A stretch of 64,000 nt of DNA from Obrimoposthia wandeli. Lineage: Eukaryota. Below, in pieces: positions 48,858 to 63,540 of the stretch. The stretch lies in contig CDROCS010005180.1 in the NCBI GenBank assembly GCA_977020255.1, positions 62,001 to 126,000 of the forward strand. Reading direction: 5' to 3'. The stretch's first letter is position 1. Each line of letters begins with the position of its first letter. The notes below the pieces were generated by a model. It did not search any database. It was not told the origin of the DNA and was given only the letters and a program-made list of their open reading frames with translations. A program made the position numbers and the translations under genes.

Positions 48858-51800
48858 ATGGAGAGTGCTAGGAAATCTCCAATAAACTTTAATCACAAGC
48901 TGGAATCTGAGCGTGCAAAAATGAAACGCACGAAAGTAAAAAAGCAAACCTATGAGACTCAGATGTTGCAACCTTCCGACAACAGAGACATTTTAGTCAA
49001 AGAAGAAAGAAAGCCATTGTGTGATGACAACAAAAAGGAGTCAAATAACTTTCGATCAAATTATGGTTGGTAACCTTTTGTTTAATATGTTAAATATTAT
49101 TTAGCCTATGACGGTCCGCAGGCATATGAAATGATAAATCCAGATGGAATTACATCTACACACGTTCAGGTTCTTCGTGTAAATCCTGAAAAAGTTGAGC
49201 CAGAAAATGAATTCGTAGGTCAGTGGCTCAGTTACAGTTTACTTTGTTACATGGCTTGAAAAAATAAATTATAAAAAAATGTAGGTAATTATCAACTAGG
49301 GTGAGATATAAGCAATTTCTTTTCATATTTCATTTCATATTTTACTATCCTAGTTTGATTTGATAATATGAACAACTATTAACCATCAGTACAATTTTCA
49401 TTCTATAAATCATAAAATTTGCCCAAATTAATTCATAATTTTTAAAGTTTTGTGATTTTCATTTTAAATTAAGTAAAATTAAATTAACTTAAGCGATTTT
49501 AAAAAATAATTTGTGAAACTCAAAATTATTACCTGGTATTAAACTGACTAAATAAGTTGATGCGTACTTTATTTCAACGAATTAGTTATTTTGTGATAGG
49601 ATTACAGATTAGTATTAAATATACACTTGAATTTGATGCTTTTGAATGAGTAGATACTAACCTACAGACAAACACTTAATTAAACATGCAGTCTTGTATT
49701 AATTCCGTTTCATTTTTTAAATATCAAAACAAAGACTAAGTTATTTTATTTTTAGTGCAATTAACAATTTATTTTATCTGACGTAATTAAAAAATTAAAG
49801 GACAAACTTTTTAAGATCTAAAACCTGACTAAATTATGACAAAGTTAAAAGAATATGACTTTTTATGACAACAAACATAAAATGAAGAAAAACACAAATA
49901 ATTAATTTTCTATACTATGTATTAGGTTACGTATGAAATGTCGTACTTTTTATTAAAAATCAAAAGCTAATAACTTTCCAAAACTAAGTTTATTTAATCA
50001 CAAAAGGGTCATAAGCATCAGTACATTGCTGTCATTTATGCAAAAGTTTATTTATTACATTTTGATAAAATTCTAAATCTTTGAAGTCTAAAAAATCCAA
50101 AAAGGCACTTTTGACAGACCTGTCGTCTCTGAACACTCTACCGTCGATAAATGTCTGAAATTGATTGAAAAAATAATAATCTATTGGTGCTAAGTCTGGA
50201 GAGTAAGGAGAGGGATGTAAGACTTCATATCAAAGTTGCTTAAGCTTCAGACTAGTAACTTTAGAAATACGTGGTCTAGCATTGTCATGTAAAATAATAT
50301 GACCTGTTCTATTAACTAATGAAGGCTGTTTAATCAAAAATTTTCTGTGCATTTCTTCTATTTCTACACAGTACTTTTCGGATTCAATAGTTTCACCAGA
50401 ATTTAGAAAGTTTTAATGAACAATGCCAGCTGCTGACAACCATACAGTAACCATTATCTTTTTTCTTGAACTTCAGATTTTGGAAAGTGTTTAGGAGGTT
50501 CATTTTTATAAACCCATTGAGCCGAGTGACGTCGATTGTTATATTTAATCCACTTTTCGTCACAGGTTACAAATCGATTCACAAAAGATTCATTTTCATG
50601 TCGTTGAAGCAAAGAAAAACAAATTTCATATTGTCCTATTTTTTTTAAATTAAGTTCATGAGGAACCCACTTATCTAGCTTTTTGACTTTTCCTATAGAT
50701 TTTAAATTCTGAGATATTGTTCCATTTGATACTTGTAAAACGGCAGCAAGTTCTTTGAGACTTTGGCGAGGATCAGACTCTACTAAGTCCTTCAAAACTG
50801 TGTCATCAACAACGGACTCCGGACAGCCTCGGTCTATATTTCGAAGACTTGTATCTCCATCATTAATTTTTTAAAATCAACGTTGAAGGATTCTAACGTT
50901 AGCTGTACTCTCTCCAAATGTATATCTATGTTTATGGTTGCGTCAGATGCATTATGACCGAGTTTCCATTCATAAAAATAAATCGAACAAATTTGAATGT
51001 TTTCCATCTTAAAATTCTATCTAAAATAATGTCAGTAATTTAAAATAGTATGAAACGAAACTTATATATTTAAAATGTTTAAATTTCAAAGATATTAACT
51101 GATATCTTAAAACAAAAAATGTTTCATTTTCAAAAAAAATCTGAAGTTGAAAATTATATGTTAAAAATACGACATTCCATATTGTTCTATATTAAAATAA
51201 ATAACAAAATATTTTTCGTACAAATTGTCTATCACTTGTAATCAGTTTATTTAGCATTAAAAATATCTTTCCACTGCTGCAGATGTAGCCTGACATTTTT
51301 AAAGCTTTGCGTATAGGGTTGGTGATATTGTTGGTCTAGTATATTAACTATATCCAAAACGTAATTTGAGTTTAATCGTTTAGTTAAATATCTTTTAATA
51401 TCGCATATACACACCCAAATTAAATTTAACAATTTAACGGCTTCAATTGTAATTATGGGGTTCGAATTTTATTACTAGTTCAAAGATTTTCATATAACCT
51501 CTTTGTATGTCATAAGTCTTTATCTACTTAATTTACACTCTTTAGCCAAGTTCTCCACCTTGTTACAACTGGTTGAGTGGCATTCCAATTTCATGAAATA
51601 AATCACGGCCATACTTGTTTTACAATCAATAGTTTTATTGAACTTATTAAGTTATCAACAGATTCAAAATATTAAATTTTTATTTTTATAACACAATTAC
51701 GTAACTAATGCAAAGACACGTTATATGAAAAAGATTATTTGGAAATTATTTATTTCAACCCCTAATTCACGAACACTATCATCTTTTGTACGTTCAATTA

Positions 51801-54800
51801 CATCAGATGTAACTGAAAAAGATTTTGGTCCACACAAACAAATAGGGTTTTTGAGGGTCATCAATTGTTTCTACTGACGTGCGGATATGTTTGGTATCAT
51901 CAACAGATTTTTCATCAAGCATCATAATCATATTTTCAGATTTAATTTTAGATTTCAAACTTTCAATTATAAATATCACCAACCCTACTACGACATGAGG
52001 TAACAGATGTGCATCTGTTTTCATTTTTGGTCAATAATTCTGAATTAAAGGATTATTTAATTTATGCAGCGGATATTAGCACTTGGAAATGCTTTTGTCA
52101 CATTTTCCGTGTTATCATCAGTTACAAGGTATTTTTCAATCTTTGGAGCATTGACATTTAATTTGCCTTTATGGTTCTTATCTCGCCTCTGCTGCTCTAC
52201 ACGGAACCTCTTATCATAGCGAATTTACTGTGACATAGTTTGCAGAATAAATGGCCATCGTCACAGTCTGACTAATATAACTGATGGTGCTGGCATCAAC
52301 CAATAAAGCAATTATTAATTTATTTTCTTCTCTCTATTTTTAATAATCACGGGAGTTGTTCGCAAAGTCACGATCATCTTCTGTTGAAGCTGCAAATACG
52401 TCTGATACATCGGATTAGTCTGTCTTCCTATATTGCTTTGATATTTTGTTTGTATTTTAGTGTGTAAAAGCCAAGAATGCCTTTGACTACATTCATCTAT
52501 ATGATAAAAAAACAGATATCAATTTTGCAATACAGTTCATTAAAAACACAGGTCATTATTTTGACCAGTATGCAGGTCTGTTGTCGTATTAGAGGGAATT
52601 TCACTTGTCAGGTGTACTCTGGTGAGGTTGTTTGCTGTATATTCAAATTATATTCGTTTATGAATGAGAGTAAATATCAATATATTAGTGAATATAACAA
52701 AAATCATAAAATCATAGAAAAATGAACTTTAAAAAAGTATATTTTTATTGAGTAAATACTATTTTGAAAATTAAACCAAAGTGAAAATAAAAAAAATATT
52801 TTAAATGGCTTAATAAATGGGTGACTTTCTCAGTGAAATTGTTAGGTAATTTTTTTCAAAACAGTTCATATAAATTATTTATTAACCTTTATAAATGTTT
52901 TTTTGATTTCTTAAATTTTTTTCTTCATCTTAAAACTCTTATAAAACAGCATTCAGAAGCTTTAGTCGAATGATACCGCTGTTCATCACCTGCAGATCCA
53001 TCACTTTCTGGTGGTAATTTATATTTAACAACATTAACAACAGGCTTAGATATTTTTTAGAAATGCTCTATATTTTAAACCGCGGCTTACAGCTTATTAA
53101 AAGGGAAATATTATGGTTAGAATAGCATTCGAAACCAAATTTCTCAGAACTGTTTTCGAGCTAATTATATAAAGATCTATAAACAGATATATTGTGGGAA
53201 TTCATGTTTGATGTTTCTGAAACATTTCCACCACATTCATATGTGCTGTAGAAATAGAATTAAAATGTTAAATTTGAAACTTTTTAATCAACAAATATAT
53301 ATTGCAATGACATATTTCAGAGTTTAATTCTTGAAAACATTTCTGGGAGTGACATAGGGTTGCCATTGACTACAGAACCTGCTAGTCACACTTCCCCGGT
53401 TGTATTGCACCCTCCATCCTCGCCATATGGAGCAGTTGCTATGTCGTCTTCGTCCAGCAAGATGGATCCACGTCATAAGCAAGACACATATGATGAGGAG
53501 ATCGAAACCATCGATACGAGCTTCTCACCACCAAGCGATGGAGAACCAAACACCGATCTCAAACATGATCTGGTACGTTCTGAAACTTTTATTTAATATT
53601 TCTCCTTTGATTTGAATTTTTTAAAGATTTTTTAAATTTACTGCTCTTTTATAACCTGTCTGTAAGTGGCAGTAGAAAATTTTAGCGATAATGCTATATT
53701 TGTGAAATGGACAATTGTCTGGACAACAAGAATATTATTGTAGATATCAAACCGAAAGTAACAATCTATTTTTGTCCCCTGCCATTATGTTTGCTTTCTC
53801 CACCTAGCAGGGTGTCTAATAAAGAAATGAGACTATAAATTGTTTTTAACGTCCCTGTTTAATTGACTCCCAGTCATAAAAACCAGACTTTTATTTTCAA
53901 ATAGTTAGTTTTAACATGATGGGATACATTAATCTTCGTGAAATTATACTTAAAAGTACGAATTCTCAAAAGAATTTTCACCAAGTTTGTTGAATTTCTC
54001 CAAAGACAAAAAGGACCAATTCTCCAAAAATGACATTGTTTCAAATTTGCATTTAACATTTCTTCAGCATCTAGTAATGTAATAAAGATCAGCGATGCAG
54101 AAAAGGTTTGAGGTACGAATCTAACGAATCTTTTCATTTTACCAACTTTAGCAGATTTGAAGCTTTTTTAACTGATGTTTCTTTTTATTTCTTGTTGTAA
54201 TTGCCTTTTTGTCATTCAACAATATATATTATTCTTGCTTTAGGACAAGTGTTCTTAAAACGTTTTGATTATATGTTTAAGACTAGTTCTGTGTCACTTT
54301 ATTCCTATTTGTACAACATTATAACTGAAGTATCACTGTCGTTGCAAGCAAAAAAGCATACTAAATACGCTACTTACATTTGAAATGACACTTCCATTTT
54401 GCAACAAAACCGAATTTATTAAAATTATATTAATATTTTTTAAATTGTCAAGTATTTTAATTTGATCACAACTACATGTATTTTAATCTCTCAGACTTTT
54501 TACAAATATTTTTAAATTACATTTTAGCAATAATATCTCACATTTTGCATTTGTATGAATCTTTTTAATTTAATCACAGAGTTTAACAACTTGAAACAAT
54601 TAACATTCGGAAAGTTTTTTAATAACATATAAAAAAGATCACACTTTACATATATAATTTTAAAACCGGCCATAATTGTAAGAATTTTATTGAAATAAAT
54701 TTACTATTAGAAAGAAAGACAATTTTAAAAAACTCTAACAATTTGAAATTATAACATCTCAGCGTATTTAGAGTACTCTGAAATGAAAATGACCTGTTTT

Positions 54801-57800
54801 TAAAATTTGAAAGACTTTTTTAAAGGGGCATATATGATTTAATAATAGAAAATAAAGTGATATTTTTTACAATGTGTATTATTTTGTAACAAATATTTTA
54901 TTCTGTATCTATGTTTGCTTAATTATGATATATTTGTCAAGTTTATTCAACTGATACCCATTTCATATTGAAGTACATGATTTTGCACAGGCTGCCAATG
55001 TCCATTTGGACTTGGCTGTGCTTTAATTGACCAGGTGACTGAAATCAATTATACATGCTCTCTGATTTGGCTACTATATACGCAAGTGGCGGTGTTAATT
55101 AAAAAAATGTACAATTTCATGTCCACTTTATATCATCTGGCTCGTGTTCAATTAAACAATTTTACTCACGTTTTAACAAGTGTTTTTCAACGTTGAATAT
55201 AAACCCAATTGAAAATCCGATAAATTGATTTTTAAAAGCAAGTTTGAAATAATTTAAGTGGAAATGCAAAATAAAACGATTATTTTGAATACAATGTGTT
55301 TGGAATATATACCAGTTTTCACATTGCCATTGTTTGTTTTGTTGTAGAACAAACAATGAAGAAAACTTTACATACATTTAATAATTACTTAACAAAATAT
55401 AAATTTATTATAGCGTCAATTTCAATTGTAAAAATAATTAGTTAAAGACCATATATTTGAGTAGTTAACTGTAGTGTTATAAATAAATATGCATTGATGT
55501 ATCGTCTAAATGCTTCGATATTATTACACTTTTTTATTGTTAATGACAAACTATTGTAAAGCTTATGTGCTTGTATGGGAAACATGTTGTCTTCTTTTTT
55601 CGTTTTACATCTTTGAAATACCAGTCTATTATCGTCATTTCCTCGCAAGTTTTTATTTAATAATATAGTAACATAATGTGAAGAAGTGAACAGATTTGAG
55701 GCATTTTTAGAGGTTTGAGAAGAGGAGTTACAAGTATTGAAAGAAGAAAACAGATTACTAGAGACAAAGATGTGTTTCAGACGTATATTTTTGAAGTTTG
55801 CAGAGAAAGAAGAAGATAAATTCCGGTCTAGTTTGTGTCATGTTTTAAAATGAATGGATTGATATTATTTATATCCGAGGTTATATGTAAGATAGTCAAA
55901 AGGAATAGATGGTAAGACTGTTTATGTTACAATCGAAGATATAGAACGCTTACAACGATAGTAGCACCAGTGGGATGGATGAGAGAAGTTGAAGAAGAAA
56001 GGAAACTTTAAGGGTGTGTTTTGAAGCATGTGGAGGATCAGAGTGTTTGTGATTAGATAAGGGATCCCAAGGCTTCACATTACCAGAGGGGGCAGCAACA
56101 GATGATTATGATTGAAACTTTCTGCGTCTTCGTGACTTATGATTAGACTTGTGACTTGACATATTTACAAAAAATGAAATTTAAATTAAACGAAACACAA
56201 GAGTCTATTAACATTAATTATCATTAAAAGAAAAATCTAAATCTAAACAAGAATAGAGAAAAACAAAATATTCAAAGATAAATTCAACAAAAAATGAGAA
56301 ATAAAATGTTTTTTGATACCCACTTTAATAATTTTGCATTATGTATTGCGTGCTAGGTAATAAATGACGTTATATAAATATTTAGTCATTTTGTGTGATC
56401 AAATTTCGAGTAATTTCTGAACAACCCTTGTATGATCTTCTTTTATATTTTTAACTGTTAGAATTTGGATGGAATTTACATCGAAGATTGTCATTAAAAG
56501 GGTAAATATATGGATAGTGCGAATATAATTTGAAATATAGGTTTAATATGTGCAGTATAATAGAATAATATAATTACGAATATGAGGCTCTATTTAACAA
56601 GAAACGACTACAACTGTTAGATAATCTAATCACAGATATGTAAATGTGGATCCTTTGCAACTTCTGAATATCTAACGGGAGAGTATATATTGCAATGAAA
56701 TAGCTCCATACCACCGGTTATTGCACTTGCACCAAAACCAGAAGATATGATACCGTATCATATTAAATCTGATAAAGTTGCAATGAAATCGACAAAGTGT
56801 AACAGATTTGCTGTAAATCAAAACAATTAAAATTGCAAAGTAAATTAAAAAAAAAATCAAAAAAATATTATATTTAAAATTTTCACAGCAAATGTGAAAC
56901 ATATCGATACACATAGAAACAGTAAATAATGTACACATATTAAACAGAAACACAGAAACATCACATTCACCGCTTCTGAATAGAATAAGTATAGTAACTG
57001 TCTAATCAACAACATGTGACAATTATAGGAATGACGTCTATTTGACCGTGGAAGTTGAATTTCTTGAGTGGGGAAGTATCAACATGATCTGAACTAGAAG
57101 AATGGGTTTGAAAATGATATCTGTCTGCAGAGTTCTCCTCGTTAAGTCCGAAATCACTTGTATTTTCTTCTTTAGCGTCAACGTCATCAATGATAGTATC
57201 AGATTGGCATGTTGGTTCAGGTGCCATATTTCTCACTGAAACGGTTGGAATCACGGTCGTATTGAAAATAAAAGCGAATGTGTAGTGAGAATTAGCTTCT
57301 GATAACTCAACTTCTTCAATAGCTGGATCGTAATTCGACTGATGTACCGGTCCCGGCTTTGTCAATCATGCGGTATAGTTGATCCATTTGATGAATTTCT
57401 ATAATAGTTAGACGATCGTTCACGATGGGATACATAATAGCAAACAGATGGTTATGGTCGAACGTGCTTGATTCAGACTTATGGTCTCTTATGAGTGTCA
57501 AATTTCCTCCAGTTAGATATTGTTTCCATTTACAACAATGTTTCTAAAATTACACAAGTTTCTTTTTCTATTGATGGATATTTTTGTTCACTCGGTGATA
57601 GAGTATGAGATATAAATATCTTAATAAATCTTCTGTTTTGTTTTAAAGTCGCTGCAATATCATAGTCAGACCCGTCGGTTTCGACTGTAAATGGTACGAA
57701 CTCATTAATAAATTTGACTGCATCATTTAAGGGGAATGAATTCTGCAAAGCTAAAGAATAAACCTTTTCGGAGAATCAGTGAATGAATTTAGAATAGTAA

Positions 57801-60800
57801 GAAAACAATCCAAGGCTCGACTAAGTGAGGCCCTGTCGTTAGAAACGGGTAGTTTGCGCACTGATTTGAATCTACCTGTCCAGTGTGATTTTCCTATTTG
57901 ATACTGTGTAACCAAGATACATTTTTCATTCATTTGAAATGTTTGATTTTTTACATTGAACGTAAATTTAGATGTAGATGCTACCCTAGGAACCTAGCCA
58001 ACTTCGCAGTATGCTCAGATTTAGATTTTCTGCAAATCAATATATCATCAATGTATGCGTATGTTTCAGTGAAACCATTAATTTTGATGAAGTTATCCGT
58101 AGTTATTTGAAATTGAGCTACTGAGTATGTTAATCTGAATGCCAAACGACAAAATCGATACTAATATCCGCAGCTTCAACGACCCGTGTAAAGTTTGTCA
58201 TAATCTGAAATCGGTATTTGAGGATACGTTATTCAGGAAGCGTCAAGTTCAGTAAAACGATTTATGGTTCTCGAGTAATCTTAAATCATGCATTTTTGTT
58301 GTGATCTTGCGATTCAATTATTACTATTTGGGATCTCCATGGTAAGTAGCTCGATTCAATTATACCATCAGAAAGTAATGGAAAAACTTCGTTTTGATAA
58401 ACTTGTTATCTGGTTCACTGCAACGACGTGAGTTTGTAGTGACATGTTTACAATCCGTAGTAGGAAAGAATAATGTTGGAGTATCTATATTTAAAACAGA
58501 TGTCAAGGCGCATTTGATCTTTAGCTGTTTTCGTTTCGCCAAAGTAAAATGTTACAGTCATGTTGACTTAGAAAGTCTCGGCCCAAGACACTGTCATAAA
58601 TTCAATAATATGGAGAGATCTACGTTTGGACATTCAAAATATTGAATAGTTACTTTAACTGTACTGCACCCGGTATTTTTATTTTTACAGATGAATCAGC
58701 CAAGATAACACTACCAATTGATGGGATTAAAGTCATTTCGCATGACTGGGTGACATCTTTCTTAATGAACTTGTCTGAACTTCCAGTATCAACCAACACT
58801 TTTCATGATTTACCATTAATCTTTATTGAAATGATTGACTTTTTAGATTCAGATAAGGATCATTAGTAGTTGTTTATTACGACGTTGTTGAAGGAGAATT
58901 CATAATGTGTGTTGTAGCTGAATAGGGATTGTTAGGCCGTGAAGACGGTCGCGATCAGTTATAAACTTTAAAGAAGTGACCTTGAAACATATCATATCGG
59001 GAGAGCTTGTAAAGGTTTCTTTGGAACTAGTTAGTCAGCTATGACTAACATGGCTAATACATATATTTATTAATCACCATACCCGGTTACTTGTATGATT
59101 TAGAGGTACGACTTTTGTACGACTTTTGATGCTATTTACGATAATACGATTTTAGAAGAAGTTAAAATAAAAATATTTTTGAATTATTATACGGTATCTC
59201 TAAAACAGTACAAGCATTAGTTTGCCAACTGTGAATGAATAAACGCTTTCATTAGTTTATTTTAATGTAAATGTAATATGCATTAAAAAGATAAAATCCT
59301 CTACACGAATCGTGCATAATTGGGTTACACAGTTACGAACTCAATAAAATAAAAAAACTTGCCTTAAATGTCCATGTATAATTTACGATTAGTACGATGG
59401 TTGCAATAATGTACCAAATTATGATTAAGTTTTGTAGATAACTAATGCACATTACAGAGGAAATTTATAGAAATAAGCACACCGGACGGTAATTTTTTGG
59501 TTTTTCACAAATGAACAGTATTACTTTGCTCATATATTTAATTTATGAATTTTTCTGGAATCATTGAATACAGTGGAAGTATGCTGAATCCTTTCTCTGA
59601 TTAATTAGTTCCAGAATTTTTACCATTTGTAAAATGTATCAAAGATATCAACATTTTAAAGTTGTTCGTTTATATAACATTTCAATTAATATATCCTCTA
59701 ATTCCTGTTTTATTTTTATAAACTTCAGTTTATCGTATTGTTTCTTTTATGATATGATCATATATTTCTGGCGTTCTTTGAAGGTGTTTCATAAGAATTT
59801 TCGTGCACCATGATCTCTGGTTTTCTCCCTTCTCCCTTCTTTCTGCTAATTGTCTGATTTCACAAAAATACCAGTCCTTGGATTTAGCCTCGAAAACTCC
59901 ACACACCCATTTCCCACATCATCAAGATCATTGAAGTGCCTTCCTTTCAGAAAAGATTCCATCGATCTAAAGAGGTGGTTCTCTGAAGAAGCTAAGTCTG
60001 GGTTATAAGGTGGATGTGGTAACAATTCGATGTCATAAAAACCTTGTAGTTTTCAGACATTTTTTAGAGGTAATCAAAACTATTTTGGAAAATTCAATTG
60101 GAATTGACTACAATTTCATCGGTTGACGTCTATAAACTAATATGAATATGATTTCACGTATTATGATTTTAATATTACTAGTTAAAAAGAAAATTAAAGC
60201 ACCGTAAAGAGTTAAACGTCACAAATCGCTCATATAATTTTGAATTTTAAAATAAATTACATTTTTGTTGTTGTTTTCATTAGCTTTAAAAATTCATTTG
60301 ATATTCAAAAAACATTTTAAAATTTTATTATAAATTTTTATTTTTATTATATTTTTTTAAATTAGAGCTTATAAGTTTAATTATGATTTCATTATTAATT
60401 TATCATTGATAAATTCAATATCATTTATTTGCACTTGATATTAAACTCAATATTTTTTTATAAATGACGGATGGACATCTGTATACAGATTAATTACGGG
60501 AATGCTGTGAAAATAAGGCGGTTAGTTGAGTATATGTTGGGAGCTAAATTAGGTATTATGCTAAATTTGGCGATTGTGACTTTGTTTATTTATTACCTTG
60601 CAAACGCCATCAAAGATCTATAAATCACAAAATACGAAGACAATTCTGGATTTTGATAGTTTTAAATAATGTTTGGCAGTCGCTGTAATTGCAGACTGAG
60701 TTGCTACAGTTGAATTCTCGCAACTCGATACATAGCACCATATCATTGGATGTGCTCAGATTCGCCATGTGGGTGGTGCCGAATTGTTTCTGGAATTCAG

Positions 60801-63540
60801 TTCTCTAGGATATCGTTCATGCCCATAACCACGAACTCTTTCAGATTCATGTCTTGTGAGACCACGTTGAAGGCATTCGTGAAGAAGATGACGTAGAAGC
60901 TGCGAACTCGGGCCATATATGCATTAATATTCTGGATATTCTCTGCAATCTGGTGGAAATTATCCATTTTCTGTTATATTTACGCGGCAAATCCACGTCA
61001 TTCTTATATAGCAAAATGAACTCTACTATTATTGTATCGCTCGACATTGTACCTTTTGTATTGCTCCTGAGGGGGTCATACGTGTGATTTCATTTTTGTA
61101 TTATACTTTATGTATGTAGTGTATGTTTTATAGAAAATTTGTTATTAAACACTCGGGAGAATTCTTTAAAAGTGTAAATATTTCTTAAAAATCGATCATA
61201 GTCGAAATTTTGCAATAATTTTATTGATGACTTCAACTATTCACATGCTACTTTTTGTCTATTTGTATCATGTGAATGATTGTGTGTAAAATTTTGCTTT
61301 CAATGATGGAATTTTTTCTGAGATTTTTATCAGAAATATATTGCAAAACATATCATCATATCTATTGTTTCGAAGGCAAAATGGGTTTCATTTGTTTTGT
61401 TCCACTCAAAATAATCTATTCACGAGAATATAATAACTGCTGAGGCATCAGTAAATTTAAGAAAATTTAAAACTTCGTTTGTTTAATTTAATAGAAATTG
61501 CAATTGATCTCCATTAATATTTACAAATTTCTATTCTCAAATTTATGGGATTTAAAAGGTTTTAATTTTATCGTAATGATCATTTTTTGCAATAATTTAC
61601 GGTATATTTTATTTTCCAGTTCCTGACGAGTTTCATTTATTTTGTATATTTAGATATTTCTCTAATTATTAGAGATTCCAAATTAGTTGTTTTGCCGGGC
61701 ATTACAGATTTTATTTCTCTTTCTTCAAACGAGGTACATGACGGCGTTGTTATTTGGTTCTTTGCCACGTTTCTGATAAATTGTTACGCACTCCTTAATA
61801 TGTTGTGATGTGGATATGACTGTTTCTATCTTTACATTTTCGTCTTTCGCAGTGGCAAAATTGCGTTTTTACTTTTCACTAAGATTAATTTTATCTTTGA
61901 GTTAACATTTTTTAAAGTGTAAATATCAGTTTTAATAATAGAAAAATCACAAAATAATTTTTAATAATACGACAGAGGGACCTGTTATTTAGTCGTTTCG
62001 ATTTTTTTCAAAGAGGATTATTATTAAATAACCTGTAAGTTCAATGTGACTTACAGGTTATGTTCGAAATAAATAGTAATAAAAATCTATATGCTAAACT
62101 TTTTTCCATATTCAATTGATATGCAATAACAACCAAATTCATTAAAAGATAACAACTATTGACTGACTTTAGGACATTCAATTTTTAATGAGATGCATGC
62201 TACTGTGTAAATGCTTTAATGAGTTTTCCAAAATCTAGATAAATTGTACTCGTGGCAATTCACACAATATAATGTAAATTGGCATCTTTCAACTGGGACC
62301 TACACCTAGACTTGTTTATTTCCATATTTGAAAAGGGTTGTTAATTTATATTGAAGCAAACAAGACCGACATCTTACTTGAAAATGTTTTCAGACTGAAA
62401 TTTTAGCATATAAGATAGTAGTTCAGTATTGTTCTTTGAAAATAATTTCGTTAGTCTAAAAACTCCACTTGCAATTTTGTAACAGCATTGTAAATGTCGA
62501 ATGATAGAGGCGCAGTGGAAATTATAAAGAACTGGAAAGCAGGTCCATTTGCGTTTTCAGAACCTACATATGGACATAATTGCTGTTCTCCTAACTGACT
62601 GGTTCCACTTCACAGTCATCGTTAGCAAACTTGCTAAATTCGACATCACTGTTGACCAGACCCAATGCTGACTGTCTCCGAGATTTGACACACCTGTCAA
62701 CCCAAACACAAAGATGCACTCATTGAAGACGGGTTTGGTCAACTCCGAGATAAAATTACATCCATTGTCTAAGGTTGGCCATCCCGAAATTAAACAAATG
62801 GTCCGCCATAGCCTTAAACTAAACTAATGAAAACTGGACATAATAATTGCTATATACATTTGTCCATTTGTACATATTATCCCATTTCCAAGAAGTGTCA
62901 AAACAGGTTTGGAATTTCCGTGAATCAGCTAATTAATATTTTAACAAGTATTTTCTGTCATCAAAACTAGATAAAACTTATGATGCAATGAGCACTAAAG
63001 TTTCGGCTATTTAACATACAATTATTTAGCGAAATATTTGTCTCTAAATGATTGTGTTGTTAAAGATTAAAGACTACCTATTCTGTAATCAACTGAGTCG
63101 AAATCTGAACACAGAAGCCGTGTCTGCCGTGGGCAGAGCATACGGCTGATACAAGCAACATGGGTCTGGTACAAGACAGCATAGAAAGTCTGAAAGTCAG
63201 TAAAATGTCTTCTGTGAAGCCAAGAAGAAGACGTCGTTGCAGACGTCCCCATGACGACAACACAATGCTAGAATCTGCGGAGGAGGAGCACCTAAGTCGA
63301 GAAGAGCAGCCTCACCAGAAGCACGAGCAGCAGTCTCAAAATAAAGCTGGTAAAGATAATGAGTCAGTAATTGTAGAGAATGGAAGCACTGACAGCACCG
63401 GCTACACAAAAGCTGCCTTGTTTCAGGCGGTGCCAGAAATATGTGACAGCGGCAATGGTGCAACTAAATCCAGTACAACTTTGAAGAGCGTTCTTTCCAA
63501 GGGAGACTGTAACAATAGCAGTAGCAATTGCTCCTTTAAG
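48858..63540 (+). CDS. Partial unidentified host gene; putative exons 48858-49065, 49105-49218, 53358-53572 (or 53321), 63115-63540; continues beyond window
   Basis: Open, GC-richer exons with phase-compatible GT-AG sites (first intron 39 nt). Low-complexity product with an Arg cluster KPRRRRRCRR; no domain recognised. Linking into one gene is inferred. Confidence 0.5.
49922..51189 (-). mobile_element. Full-length decayed mariner (D,D34D) element; transposase about 51007-49997
   Basis: WVPHEL, TCDEKW, LHDNARP and YSPDLAP; diverged TIRs ttaggttacgtatgaaatgtcgt and acgacattccatattgttcta; TA at 49920. Confidence 0.93.
51230..52100 (-). pseudogene. hAT-like transposase remnant
   Basis: QPVVTRWRTWLKEC at about 51545-51578 and upstream MMLDE. 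Extent approximate. Confidence 0.45.
55442..55900 (-). mobile_element. 3' end remnant of a CR1/L2-like LINE
   Basis: RGNDDNRLV..FPIQAHKLYNSLSLTIKKCNNIEAFRRYI fits the post-RT LxNSLP..IK...F pattern. Confidence 0.45.
56900..59050 (-). mobile_element. Degraded Ty3/gypsy gag-pol remnant
   Basis: Protease LVDTGSSDKFI (about 58790), PWRSQIV and RTINRFTELDA, RT YAYIDDILI (58055-58044), RNase H FTVETDGSDYDIAATL..IEKE, IN tail TVSVRNMAP. Integrase core largely missing. Confidence 0.85.
59810..60060 (-). pseudogene. mariner transposase C-terminal fragment
   Basis: LPHPPYNPDLASSENHLFRSMESFLKGRHF..WYFCEIRQL. Confidence 0.8.

Noticed and set aside
60847-61047. Possible MADF/Myb-like ORF
   Set aside because: Only vague similarity; the conserved LW and W residues are not convincingly present.
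61600-62900. Possible DNA transposase remnant (SVMPGK)
   Set aside because: One short motif with no catalytic residues or TIRs to support a family call.
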